This document shows positions 45,852-54,950 of a DNA stretch of 64,000 nucleotides, piece by piece. Numbering within the stretch: position 1 is the first letter of the stretch; every line of letters starts with the position of its first letter. Origin of the DNA: Terracidiphilus sp. (GTDB lineage Bacteria > Acidobacteriota > Terriglobia > Terriglobales > Acidobacteriaceae); NCBI GenBank assembly GCA_050013735.1, contig JBEKEQ010000002.1, forward strand, positions 11,834 to 75,833, given 5' to 3'. A program made the translations under genes and the position numbers. The notes beneath the pieces are model-generated. The model searched no databases. It worked only from the letters and a program-made list of their open reading frames with translations, and was not told the DNA's origin.

Positions 45852-45865
45852 ACTAACTAGTTAGT
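45852..45865. promoter_or_regulatory. Perfect 14-bp palindrome ACTAACTAGTTAGT, candidate TetR operator
   Basis: It ends 4 nt upstream of the TetR-family gene ATG (45870) and covers the position where an SD would be expected. Confidence 0.45.
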
Positions 45866-45869
45866 TAAA

Positions 45870-46610
45870 ATGACCGCAACTCTCCCAATCCGAACCCAGG
45901 CCGAGCGCGCCGATCAGACGCGCGCCCGAATTCTTTCCTCTGCCATCCGCCAATTCAGCGAAAACGGCCTGGCGGGTGCGCGCACCGAGCAAATTGCCGA
46001 GGCGGCCGGGGTAAACAAGGCGCTGCTTTATTACTACTTCCGCAGCAAGGAAGAACTCTATTCAGCCGCCATCGAGGCAATGGCCGAAGGGGTACGCGCC
46101 ACGAGCATGGCGGTAATGGACTCCGATGCTTCGGCTGGAGAGCGATTCCTACGGCTGGTGTTGAACCACTTCGATCGGATTCACCTCAACCGCCAGTTTC
46201 AGACGCTCATGCAGCAGGAGATGATCCGGCTTCATCGGGGCGAGGCCAACGCGGTGGAACCGCTGGTGGAGAAACTCTTCAGGCCGCTGTGGATCAGGGT
46301 TCGGACGGTGGTGGAAGAGGGCATCGCTTCAGGCGAGCTGATCCCGGCTGAGTGGATGCAGTTGATCTATGCGGGGCTGGGCGCCAATGTTTTCTACTTT
46401 CTTTCCGCGCCCATGACCCAAATGACGCAAGGGTTCGATCCGCTTGCGCCCGATTCGCTGAGGCTACGGCGAAAGGCGGCCATCGAGTACCTGGGCATGG
46501 CAATTTTTATCGACCGGGAACATGGGGCGCAGGTGGCCGCTCGGGTTCTTGACGAAGCACCGATGCCGGCAATTGACGTATTGAAAATGAATGAAGTGAG
46601 GCGAATGTGA
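45870..46610 (+). CDS. TetR/AcrR family transcriptional regulator
   Basis: The N-terminal HTH is ..RILSSAIRQFSENGLAGARTEQIAEAAGVNKALLYYYFRSKEELY... Confidence 0.9.
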   Translation: MTATLPIRTQAERADQTRARILSSAIRQFSENGLAGARTEQIAEAAGVNKALLYYYFRSKEELYSAAIEAMAEGVRATSMAVMDSDASAGERFLRLVLNHFDRIHLNRQFQTLMQQEMIRLHRGEANAVEPLVEKLFRPLWIRVRTVVEEGIASGELIPAEWMQLIYAGLGANVFYFLSAPMTQMTQGFDPLAPDSLRLRRKAAIEYLGMAIFIDREHGAQVAARVLDEAPMPAIDVLKMNEVRRM

Positions 46611-47671
46611 ACGCGCGAAATAAAGTATTTCTGATTTTGGGCCTACTGACCGTGGGGTCGCTGATCTGGTATTTCGTTACCGTCAGGCCCAGGGGCGACC
46701 TGCAACTGATCGGGACCGTGGACGCGAACGAAGTGCTGGTGAGCGCCAAGATTCCGGGTCGGCTGCAGACGTTGACGGTGGACGAAGGCCAGGACGTGAA
46801 GGCCGGCGAGCTCATCGCCGTAATTGAAAGCAACGACCTGCAGGCAGCTCGCCAGGCCGCCGAGGCCACAGCCTCTAGCCAGAAGTGGAAGCTGGGCGAG
46901 ATGGTGGAGACCGAGCGCCAGACCAGGGGAGAAACCGGCAGCGCAACCGTGAACGCCGAGGCGCTGGTCAAGGCCGCGCAGGCTTCGCTGGCCCAGGCGC
47001 AGGCGCAGTACGAACACCAGCAGGCCGATACCAGCCGCACGGTGGCGCTGGCGCAACAGGGGATCATGAGTGCCCAGGCCAAGGATGACGCAGCCACCAG
47101 TTTGCAGGCCGCCAAGGCTGCAGTCGATACCGCCAAAGACAATGTGGTGGCCGCAGAGGCATCTTTGCGCCAGGCCCGGGCCCACCAACTCCTAACCGCC
47201 GTGGCTGCGCGCACCGTGGACTCCACCCGCGACGAGGCCGAGAATGCCAGCGCGCTTGCCCAGGAAGCCAAGGTGGAGCTGGGCTATTCGCAGATTTTTG
47301 CGCCGGTGGGCGGTAGGGTGAATGTTCGCGTTGCGCGCGAGGGCGAAGTGGTAGCCGCCGGTGCGCCGATTGTGACCATCATGGACCTGACCCAGACCTG
47401 GGTCTACGCCCCGCTGCCTGAAACGCAGGCTGACGCCGTTCAACTGGGCGACTCTCTGCGGGTAGTGATGCCCAGCGGTGCAACGGTCCAAGGCAAGGTG
47501 ATCAACAAGGCAGCCGAGGCTGACTTTGCCACGCAGCGCGACGTGAGCGCCCGCAAACGGGACATCAAGACCATCCAGCTTAAACTGCTCATCGATAACC
47601 CCGGCGAGCGCTTTGTGCCTGGAATGACCGCGGAAGTCTACATTCCCAAGAGCAAGGTGGTGAAGCAATGA
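46607..47671 (+). CDS. HlyD-family membrane fusion / periplasmic adaptor protein
   Basis: It has an N-terminal anchor, a long coiled-coil (AQAQYEHQQADT..), and lipoyl/beta-barrel segments (..VKAGELIAVIE.., ..PGMTAEVYI..). The GTG start overlaps the tetR stop. Confidence 0.85.
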   Translation: MNARNKVFLILGLLTVGSLIWYFVTVRPRGDLQLIGTVDANEVLVSAKIPGRLQTLTVDEGQDVKAGELIAVIESNDLQAARQAAEATASSQKWKLGEMVETERQTRGETGSATVNAEALVKAAQASLAQAQAQYEHQQADTSRTVALAQQGIMSAQAKDDAATSLQAAKAAVDTAKDNVVAAEASLRQARAHQLLTAVAARTVDSTRDEAENASALAQEAKVELGYSQIFAPVGGRVNVRVAREGEVVAAGAPIVTIMDLTQTWVYAPLPETQADAVQLGDSLRVVMPSGATVQGKVINKAAEADFATQRDVSARKRDIKTIQLKLLIDNPGERFVPGMTAEVYIPKSKVVKQ

Positions 47672-48717
47672 CCGTCCAGACAGCGGTCGAAATGGCCGCC
47701 ACAAGCAACGGGGCGCAGCCGCGCGTAGCCATCTCAGTGGAAAACATCGTTAAGCGGTACGGCACGTTTGAAGCCGTAAAGGGCGTGAGCTTCTCGGTGG
47801 CCGACGGCGAGATTTTCGGACTGCTGGGTCCCAACGGAGCCGGCAAGAGCACCTTGATCCGCATGATGACCACGCTGGTCCCCATCACCAGCGGGAAGGC
47901 GACGGTTGCCGGGCACGATGTGGCCAGGGAGCCGGACGCCGTGCGACGCGAGATCGGCGTGATTCCACAGGCCCTCACCAGCGATCCCGATCTGACGGTG
48001 GGAGAGAATCTGAGCATCTACGCCAAGCTCTATGGGGTGCCCAGGGTAGAGCGCGAAAAGAACATCGCCGATGTGCTGGAGGCGGTGGATCTGGTGAAGT
48101 GGCGCGGGGCGCAGGTGAAAACCCTCTCCGGTGGGATGCGGCGGCGGGTCGAGATTGCCCGGGGCCTGGTCCACAATCCGCACATCTTTTTTCTTGACGA
48201 GCCCACAACCGGCCTCGATCCCGTTTCGCGCATCGCGGTGTGGGAGATGCTGGACAATCTGCGGACGACAAGGCACCTGACGATTTTGATCACCACCCAC
48301 TACATGGAAGAAGCCGACAAGCTCTGCGACCGCCTTGCCATTGTCGATCACGGCACCCTGGTGGCCCTGGGCACGCCCATCGAGCTGAAGCAAAGCGTTC
48401 CCGGCGCCAACGTTGTTGAGGTCCACTTCGACCGCGAAGCCGAGCAGTGGAAGGCGCGGCTGGAAGGGATGGATGGCGTAACCAGCGTGCAAGCCGAAAG
48501 CGCGGGCTTTTATCGCGTGCTAACTTCCTCAGGATCGCGCACCACCATGCAGTTAGTCGAGTTAGCCGCGTCTCTTGACGAAACCATAACTTCTCTCAGC
48601 GTCCAGAACACCACGCTGGATGACGTGTTTGTTCACTACACGGGCCGTCAGCTGCGCGACGAGCAGGTGAAACCTCCGCCATTTATGTTGCCGCCGCGTC
48701 CCGGAGCACAACCATGA
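47668..48717 (+). CDS. ABC transporter ATP-binding protein (ABC-2/DrrA type)
   Basis: Walker A is GPNGAGKST, the signature is LSGGMRRRV and Walker B is IFFLDEPTTGLD. Start and stop overlap the neighbouring genes. Confidence 0.9.
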   Translation: MTVQTAVEMAATSNGAQPRVAISVENIVKRYGTFEAVKGVSFSVADGEIFGLLGPNGAGKSTLIRMMTTLVPITSGKATVAGHDVAREPDAVRREIGVIPQALTSDPDLTVGENLSIYAKLYGVPRVEREKNIADVLEAVDLVKWRGAQVKTLSGGMRRRVEIARGLVHNPHIFFLDEPTTGLDPVSRIAVWEMLDNLRTTRHLTILITTHYMEEADKLCDRLAIVDHGTLVALGTPIELKQSVPGANVVEVHFDREAEQWKARLEGMDGVTSVQAESAGFYRVLTSSGSRTTMQLVELAASLDETITSLSVQNTTLDDVFVHYTGRQLRDEQVKPPPFMLPPRPGAQP

Positions 48718-49826
48718 ACCGAATGTTCGCCATTGTGGAGCGCGAGATGCGCAAGTTTTTCCGCTCGCCCACGTTGATGATCATGTCGCTGATGATGCCT
48801 ATCTTGCAGCTGGTTATCATGGGCAATGCTTTCGGCGGAAAAATCGTCGGCGAGCGTGTTGCCGTTGTCGATCACGACCACGGCCCGCAAGCGGTCAAGA
48901 TTCGCGAAGCCCTTGACGCCATTGCCGTCAACATCAAGACCTTCACCACCATTGAGTATGACTCGGAGGTGCAGGCCCGCGAAGATGTGCGCACCGGGAA
49001 AATCGACGGGGCCATCATTATTCCCGCTCAATACTCCCGTCGCGTCTACGCCCAGGACGCACCGCAAATCGGCCTCGTCGTCGATAACACCGATCCTTTC
49101 AGTTCAAGCAGCATCGAGTCAGAAATGCAGTTGGTAATCAGTGCGCTCACTGCTCCCGTCATTCAGCCTCGCCTCGCCAGTCAAATTGCTTTGGAGGTCG
49201 TCGAGTTATATCCCTACGTCAATTACATGAAGTTTTTGCTTCCCGCAACCATCGCACTGGCCATGTATATATCGGTGATGATCGGCGGCGGCATGTTATA
49301 TATCGATGACAAAGCCCGCGGCGTTCATGAGGGTTACCTGGTTACGCCTATTACAAAGTTCGAGTTAGTTTTCGGGCTGAATATGGCGGGCGCCATGAAG
49401 GCCGTGCTCAGCGGCATTTGTCTTACGGTGATCGGCACGCTGATGGCCGGCCTGGGAGTCATCTTTCACCCTGAAGTATTGCTCGAGCTATTCTGCCTGA
49501 TCCTGTGCACTTCGATCGCCTTCAATGGCATGATGTTTCTACTCATGGTCCGCGTCGACGATCCCCTCGTTCCGCGCGCCATGTTCGGAGTGCTCAACAC
49601 GCTGCTCTTCTATCCTTCCGGCGCCATGTATCCCATCGCCTCGTTTCCCCCGTGGCTCCGCGCCCTGGCGGTGGTGGATCCTTTTACCTACGTCATTCAC
49701 GGCCTCAAGTCCGTTTTATTAAAGGACGGCGGATTCGAAGCCATTAAATTCGATTTGCTCTTTCTGTTCGTTTTCGGAATGAGCACATTGCTCATCGCCA
49801 CGCCGCTGTTCAAGCGCACGTTGTAA
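48714..49826 (+). CDS. ABC-2 type transporter permease
   Basis: An N-terminal TM helix and large periplasmic loop are followed by 5 TM helices. It is translationally coupled to the ATPase. Confidence 0.85.
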   Translation: MNRMFAIVEREMRKFFRSPTLMIMSLMMPILQLVIMGNAFGGKIVGERVAVVDHDHGPQAVKIREALDAIAVNIKTFTTIEYDSEVQAREDVRTGKIDGAIIIPAQYSRRVYAQDAPQIGLVVDNTDPFSSSSIESEMQLVISALTAPVIQPRLASQIALEVVELYPYVNYMKFLLPATIALAMYISVMIGGGMLYIDDKARGVHEGYLVTPITKFELVFGLNMAGAMKAVLSGICLTVIGTLMAGLGVIFHPEVLLELFCLILCTSIAFNGMMFLLMVRVDDPLVPRAMFGVLNTLLFYPSGAMYPIASFPPWLRALAVVDPFTYVIHGLKSVLLKDGGFEAIKFDLLFLFVFGMSTLLIATPLFKRTL

Positions 49827-49887
49827 CCATAGCGGCGGGTAGTATACTTCCCGGTACCGGAAAATCAAGAAAAAGGCAGGGAACGGG

Positions 49888-50757
49888 ATGAGCCGTGTGC
49901 GGGAGTGGCTGGCTGGAGGTTTGCTGATCACCGATGGCGCCTGGGGGACGGAACTGCAGGCCCGCGGGCTGCCCGTCGGCGCCAACCCGGACACTTGGAA
50001 TCTGAGCCATCCTGAACGTGTGGAATCAGTCGCACGGGCTTATGCCGAAGCAGGCAGCCAGGTAATTCTCACCAACACTTTTCGCGCCAACGCCATTGCG
50101 ATGCCGGACTCGAATGCGGGCGATCTCGACGCCATCAATCGCGCCGGGGTTGCCTTGTCGCGCAAGACTGCGGGGAAGGCATTGGTGTTTGCGTCGATCG
50201 GTCCGACGGGGAAAATGCTTGTGTCGGGTGAGATTGGCAGCGAACAGGTGAGCGCGGCATTTGCCGCGCAGACCTCCTCTCTGGCTGCGGCGGGCGCGGA
50301 CGCATTGCTGGTGGAAACAATGAGCGACATCGAGGAGGCGCGGCTGGCTGTAGAGGCGGCGCGCCGCACGGGATTGCCGGTGGTGGTTTCGTTTGCCTTC
50401 GACTCCGGGAAGAACAAGGACCGCACCTTGATGGGGGCAACCCCGGAGGCCGTGGCTGCTGCGATGGTGGAAGCGGGTGCTGACGCGGTGGGAGCAAACT
50501 GCGGCGTGGGAGTTGAGCAGGCAGTAACTATTTGCCAGCGACTGCACGCCGCCTGCGATTTGCCCATCTGGATCAAGCCAAATGCGGGCTTGCCGAAGAT
50601 GGACGGAACAGCAATTCATTACGACACGTCGGCGGAGTTCTTCGCATCCCACTTTGCCCCGCTGCGCGAGGCTGGCGCGTCATTTCTAGGCGGTTGCTGC
50701 GGCTCCACGCCGGAGTTTATTCGCGCGCTGGTGAACGCGCGGAGAGACGCGCGATAA
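49888..50757 (+). CDS. Stand-alone homocysteine S-methyltransferase domain protein (MetH N-terminal / MmuM / BHMT family)
   Basis: It shows ..ITDGAWGTEL.. and ..LTNTFRAN... The zinc-ligand cysteines are in ..GANCGVG.. and ..LGGCCGSTPEFI... At 289 aa it has no pterin-binding or B12-binding domain. Confidence 0.85.
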   Translation: MSRVREWLAGGLLITDGAWGTELQARGLPVGANPDTWNLSHPERVESVARAYAEAGSQVILTNTFRANAIAMPDSNAGDLDAINRAGVALSRKTAGKALVFASIGPTGKMLVSGEIGSEQVSAAFAAQTSSLAAAGADALLVETMSDIEEARLAVEAARRTGLPVVVSFAFDSGKNKDRTLMGATPEAVAAAMVEAGADAVGANCGVGVEQAVTICQRLHAACDLPIWIKPNAGLPKMDGTAIHYDTSAEFFASHFAPLREAGASFLGGCCGSTPEFIRALVNARRDAR

Positions 50758-50833
50758 ACGGCTGCGAGTTATAAGTCGATTGAGTTATTGGAGAGAAAGT
50801 GTATAAAGCATTTCGAATTGAGAGGGTGGCGCT

Positions 50834-51928
50834 ATGACTCCGCGGGAACGCATTCTAGCCGTCTTGAATCGCCAGCCCGTGGATCGGATCCCGGTGGATC
50901 TTTGGCATACACCGGAGATCGGCGCGCTGCTGCGCAAACATTGCGGAGTTGCGGACGATCTGGCAATGTACCGGGCGTTGGGCCTGGACAAAATTGTTTG
51001 GGTCTTCATGGATTACGAAACTGCAGAAGGGGAACGTGCGGGGGCGCAGTCGGGGGCCGGGGCAGAGGATGGCGGTAGCCGGACGATGTGGGGCGTTCCG
51101 CTGAAAGACATCGAGGCCGGCGAGGCCCATTATGCAGAGTTCGGCGCCGCGCCGCTGGCGGGTTACGATACGCCGGAGTCGCTGGACAATTATCCCTTTT
51201 GGCCGAGCGTCGAGCGCTTCAATTATGACCTGGCAGTAAGCAAAGCGCGCGAGGCAGCGCGGGAATTTGCGGTGATTGAGCCGTGGGTTTCGTTTTTTGA
51301 GATTTATTGCCAACTGCGTGGACTGGAACAATCGTTGATGGATTTGGTCGAAGCTCCGGAGATGGTGGAAGCGATTCTGGACCGCGTGGAGCAAATTCAG
51401 ACGGAGATGATGCGGCGATTCTTCGCTCTTGCCGGCGAGTCAGTGGATCTGGTTTTTATCAGCGACGACATTGCGGGACAGACCTCGCTGCTCATGTCGC
51501 CTACGCATTGGAAGCGGCACTTGCAGCCGCGGCTCAAGCGCTGGTGCGACTTGATTCATGCGCAGGGATTGAAGGTTTTCTATCATACCGACGGCGCGGC
51601 GCGTAAGCTGCTGGGGCCAATTCTCGACTGCGGCGTGGATGTGCTCAATCCGATTCAGCACGCCTGCCCTGGAATGGAGTTGGAGGGACTCAAGCACGAT
51701 TTCGGTGATCGCGTGATTTTTCACGGAGGCGTGGACAACCAATTTGCACTGCCGCGCGGAACGGCAGAGGATGTGCGCAAAGAGGTGCGTCATTGCCTGG
51801 ACACGCTGGGCGCGGGGCGCGAGGGATTCATTTGCTGCTCGTGTCATAACGTTCAAGCCGGCACGCCGCTTGAAAATATTCTGGCCATGATTGAAACCGT
51901 TCAAAACGAGCCGGCGCGGCAACTCTGA
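50834..51928 (+). CDS. Uroporphyrinogen decarboxylase (URO-D) superfamily protein, non-HemE subgroup (paralog 1)
   Basis: The C-terminal half (..FISDDIAGQTSLLMSP..W..H..P.., ..VFYHTDGAA.., ..VDVLNPIQ.., ..GTPLENILAM..) fits the URO-D/MT2 TIM-barrel pattern. It is a paralog of 54951-56069. The HemE N-terminal signature is absent. Confidence 0.75.
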   Translation: MTPRERILAVLNRQPVDRIPVDLWHTPEIGALLRKHCGVADDLAMYRALGLDKIVWVFMDYETAEGERAGAQSGAGAEDGGSRTMWGVPLKDIEAGEAHYAEFGAAPLAGYDTPESLDNYPFWPSVERFNYDLAVSKAREAAREFAVIEPWVSFFEIYCQLRGLEQSLMDLVEAPEMVEAILDRVEQIQTEMMRRFFALAGESVDLVFISDDIAGQTSLLMSPTHWKRHLQPRLKRWCDLIHAQGLKVFYHTDGAARKLLGPILDCGVDVLNPIQHACPGMELEGLKHDFGDRVIFHGGVDNQFALPRGTAEDVRKEVRHCLDTLGAGREGFICCSCHNVQAGTPLENILAMIETVQNEPARQL

Positions 51929-51972
51929 GTGGCGAGGCTATTGAAGCAGCGTAGATTGAGCGGGGCAGGAAG

Positions 51973-53016
51973 ATGCTGGAAGAAATGACGTCGCTCGAAA
52001 GATGTCTGGCTACCATTCGGCAGGCGCCGCATGATCGCGTGCCGGTGGACCTGCATAACTTCATGATGACCGTCGCGGACGTTGATCGACCTTCGCAGCA
52101 GATCTACCAGGACGGGCAGTTGCTCGGCGAAGCGCAGGTGGCTGCATGGAAGCGCTTCGGCCACGATATGCTCCTGGTCGAGAATGGAACCGCCGCGCTG
52201 GCGGAGGCTTGCGGCTGCCAGGTAACTTACCTGCCCGGAAGCGCGCCGATCATCGAAAAGCCGCTGCTGGAGAGCATTTCCCGGGTTTCGAGCCTTAGGA
52301 AGCCTGATCCATGGCATTCCCCTTTGGCCCGGGCTGTGCTTGACGCGACACGCTACGTGCTCGACCAGATCGGCGACCTGGCTTTCGTCATGGGCCGAGC
52401 CGACCAGGGGCCTTTCGATCTGGCCTGCCTGATCGCCGGGCCGGTAACCCTGATGACCGAAATGGCGGCGGGTGAGAGCGACGAGCAAATCTTCGAGTTA
52501 CTCGAATATGCGAGCGACTGTTTCATTCTCTACGCCCGCATGTTCAAAGAGATGGGCTGTCCCGGCACTTCAATTGGAGAAGCGCAATGCTCTCCCGACG
52601 TGATCTCGCCCAGGATGTATGAAAAATACTGCCTTCCTTATGGCCGGAAGGTGGTGAGCGCATTGCAGAGCGACGATTTCATCTTGGCCTACCATACCTG
52701 CGGCAACACGACGAAAATTATCGACCGCATGGTGCAGACTGGCGCCGGGATACTCGAATTCGATTACAAGTGTGACAAGGCCGCCGCCAAGCGAGCCACA
52801 GCGGGAAAGACCACACTGCTAGGCCCCATCGATCCCAGCGGAGTGTTGCATGAAGGATCGGTTGATGACGTCGAGCGAGCCTGCCGCGAGGCCATCGAAG
52901 TGCTTGCGCCGGGCGGCGGATTCATTCTCGGGCCAGGCTGCGCGCTGCCCGCGACTACGCCTGCTGAGAACATCGACAAGCTAGTGGGATGCGCCAAGGC
53001 CCACGGTCGGTATTAG
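51973..53016 (+). CDS. MtaA/CmuA-like URO-D family methyltransferase (methylcobamide:thiol methyltransferase-like)
   Basis: ..SPDVISPRMYEKYCLPYGRKVV..LAYHTCGNTTKIIDRMVQTGAGILEFD..LLGPIDP..GFILGPGCALPATTPAENI.. matches the MtaA pattern as I remember it. This includes the HxCG motif and a distal Cys, which are the zinc ligands. Confidence 0.75.
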   Translation: MLEEMTSLERCLATIRQAPHDRVPVDLHNFMMTVADVDRPSQQIYQDGQLLGEAQVAAWKRFGHDMLLVENGTAALAEACGCQVTYLPGSAPIIEKPLLESISRVSSLRKPDPWHSPLARAVLDATRYVLDQIGDLAFVMGRADQGPFDLACLIAGPVTLMTEMAAGESDEQIFELLEYASDCFILYARMFKEMGCPGTSIGEAQCSPDVISPRMYEKYCLPYGRKVVSALQSDDFILAYHTCGNTTKIIDRMVQTGAGILEFDYKCDKAAAKRATAGKTTLLGPIDPSGVLHEGSVDDVERACREAIEVLAPGGGFILGPGCALPATTPAENIDKLVGCAKAHGRY

Positions 53017-53054
53017 GAGATTTACAGAAGAGATTGCCCGTTTCAGGTGATGCA

Positions 53055-54935
53055 ATGTTCGAATTGATGCCGGTCTCCAATGCCGCCAGTTGTTTCAAAC
53101 CCTCTATGGCTCTGTTGTCTTTCATCGCCGCGCCACTGGCGCATCTGAAGGAGCTGGACATCGCAGTAATTGCCATCTACTTCGGGATGGTGATCTGGAT
53201 TGGCTTTTATCTGAAGGGCAAGTCAAATACCAGCGAAGAGTTTTTTATGGCTGGGCGCGAAATGACCGCATGGATCGCGGGTTTGAGCTTTGTTTCCGCA
53301 AACCTGGGATCGCTGGAACTGATGGGCTGGGCCGGCTCGGCTTATCAGTACGGTCTTCTGGCCGCGCACTGGTACTGGTCGGGCGCCATTCCCGCCATGC
53401 TTTTCCTGGGACTGGTGATGATGCCCTTCTATTACGTTTCGAAGACGCATTCGGTCCCCGGCTATTTGAAACTGCGCTTTGGCGAGCATGCGCGCATTCT
53501 TTCGGCATTTTCTTTTGCAGCCGAGATGGTGCTGATGAGCGGCGTCAACATGTTCGCAATGGCGGTGGTGATGAAGGTGGTGCTGGGTTGGAACATCACT
53601 TTCAGCATCCTCGTTTCTTCGCTTGCCGTTGCGGCTTATGTGAGTCTGGGTGGGCTGCGCTCGGCCATCTTCAATGAAGTTTTGCAGTTTGTTCTTATCT
53701 GGGGCGGCGCGCTGCTGGTGCCGATTCTGGGACTGGTGCAGGCAGGCGGAATCAATGGACTGAGAGCGAAGATCATTTCGAATCTTCACTCCGACAGTTA
53801 CTTTCACCTGTGGCGCGATACGGGGCATTTTTCTGCTAATCCCATGGGCATTCAGTGGACCGGAATTGTGTTTGGACTGACCGTGATTGGTTTCGGCTAC
53901 TGGACGACGGACTTTCTGGTTGTGCAGCGGACGCTGGCCGCGCGCAATTTGCAGGCCGCGCGGATGGCTCCGGTCATCGGCGCATTCTTCAAAATGGCGG
54001 TTCCGTTCATTGTGATCCTGCCCGGACTGCTGGGTTTGGTGCTGCTGCAAAACTCCGATGGGAGCCGCAGGCAGTTAGTGGGTGAGGACGTGGTGAAATC
54101 ATGCGTAGCGAACGGAGCAGGAGTTGAAGACAGAGCCGGCTGCGCTGCCGCGATGAAGGCGAAAACCACCCTCCCCGCGAGTTATCAGCAGAGCGTGCTG
54201 AGCGGAGCGGAGGGAACAGAGTTACATAGTTACAACGAAGCGCTGCCGCTAATGATGGTGCGCTACTGCGGACCTGGCCTGCTTGGCCTGGGCATTACCG
54301 CGCTGATTGCCGGCTTCATGAGCGGCATGGCCGGCAATGTGAGCGCGTTCTCAACTGTGTGGACGTATGACATTTACAAACCGCTCATCAATAAGAAAGG
54401 CTCTGACAGCCACTATGTGCTGGTGGGCCGATGGTCGATTGTGATCGGCGTAGCCGTTTCGGTCGGCGCGGCCTACCTGGTGATGCACGCGCACGGCATC
54501 ATGGATTACGTGCAGGCGCTGTTCAGCTTTTTTATCGCGCCGCTGCTGGGCGCAATCCTGATGGGAATGTTCTGGAAGCGGGCCACGGCACCGGCCGGTT
54601 TCCTGGGTTTGCTCACAGGAATCGTAACTTCAGTAAGCTTGTTTGTGTGGGTCAAGTTGAATCCAGCGGAACTGGCCCGGGTGGCTATTTCGCCCGACGC
54701 CAGGCCAATGGCCGAGAATCTTTATCGCGGACTATGGGCATTCCTGAGCACTCTGATTGTAATCTTCGTGGTAAGTTTGTTTACCAAGCAAAAACCGGTG
54801 GCGGAATTGGAAGGCCTCGTATACGGAGCGACGAAGCTGCCCAAAGAAGACGCGGTCCCGTTTTATAAAAATGTGTGGCTGTGGGCCTCACTCGCGCTGA
54901 TTACGCTGGCGGCGCTGAACATTGTGTTCTGGTAG
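53055..54935 (+). CDS. Sodium:solute symporter family (SSS/SGLT-like) transporter
   Basis: It has about 13-14 TM helices. ..YFGMVIWIGFYLKGK..SEEFFMAGREM.. and ..GSLELMGWAGSAYQYG.. are typical of the SSS family. ATG at 53055 follows AGGTGA. Confidence 0.85.
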   Translation: MFELMPVSNAASCFKPSMALLSFIAAPLAHLKELDIAVIAIYFGMVIWIGFYLKGKSNTSEEFFMAGREMTAWIAGLSFVSANLGSLELMGWAGSAYQYGLLAAHWYWSGAIPAMLFLGLVMMPFYYVSKTHSVPGYLKLRFGEHARILSAFSFAAEMVLMSGVNMFAMAVVMKVVLGWNITFSILVSSLAVAAYVSLGGLRSAIFNEVLQFVLIWGGALLVPILGLVQAGGINGLRAKIISNLHSDSYFHLWRDTGHFSANPMGIQWTGIVFGLTVIGFGYWTTDFLVVQRTLAARNLQAARMAPVIGAFFKMAVPFIVILPGLLGLVLLQNSDGSRRQLVGEDVVKSCVANGAGVEDRAGCAAAMKAKTTLPASYQQSVLSGAEGTELHSYNEALPLMMVRYCGPGLLGLGITALIAGFMSGMAGNVSAFSTVWTYDIYKPLINKKGSDSHYVLVGRWSIVIGVAVSVGAAYLVMHAHGIMDYVQALFSFFIAPLLGAILMGMFWKRATAPAGFLGLLTGIVTSVSLFVWVKLNPAELARVAISPDARPMAENLYRGLWAFLSTLIVIFVVSLFTKQKPVAELEGLVYGATKLPKEDAVPFYKNVWLWASLALITLAALNIVFW

Positions 54936-54950
54936 CTTGAAACACGCTGG

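Noticed and set aside
46431-46443. GGGTTCGATCCGC, which resembles a tRNA T-arm.
   Set aside because: It lies inside the TetR-family coding sequence (..TQGFDPLAP..). No acceptor or anticodon stems can be drawn around it. I recognised no tRNA anywhere in the window.
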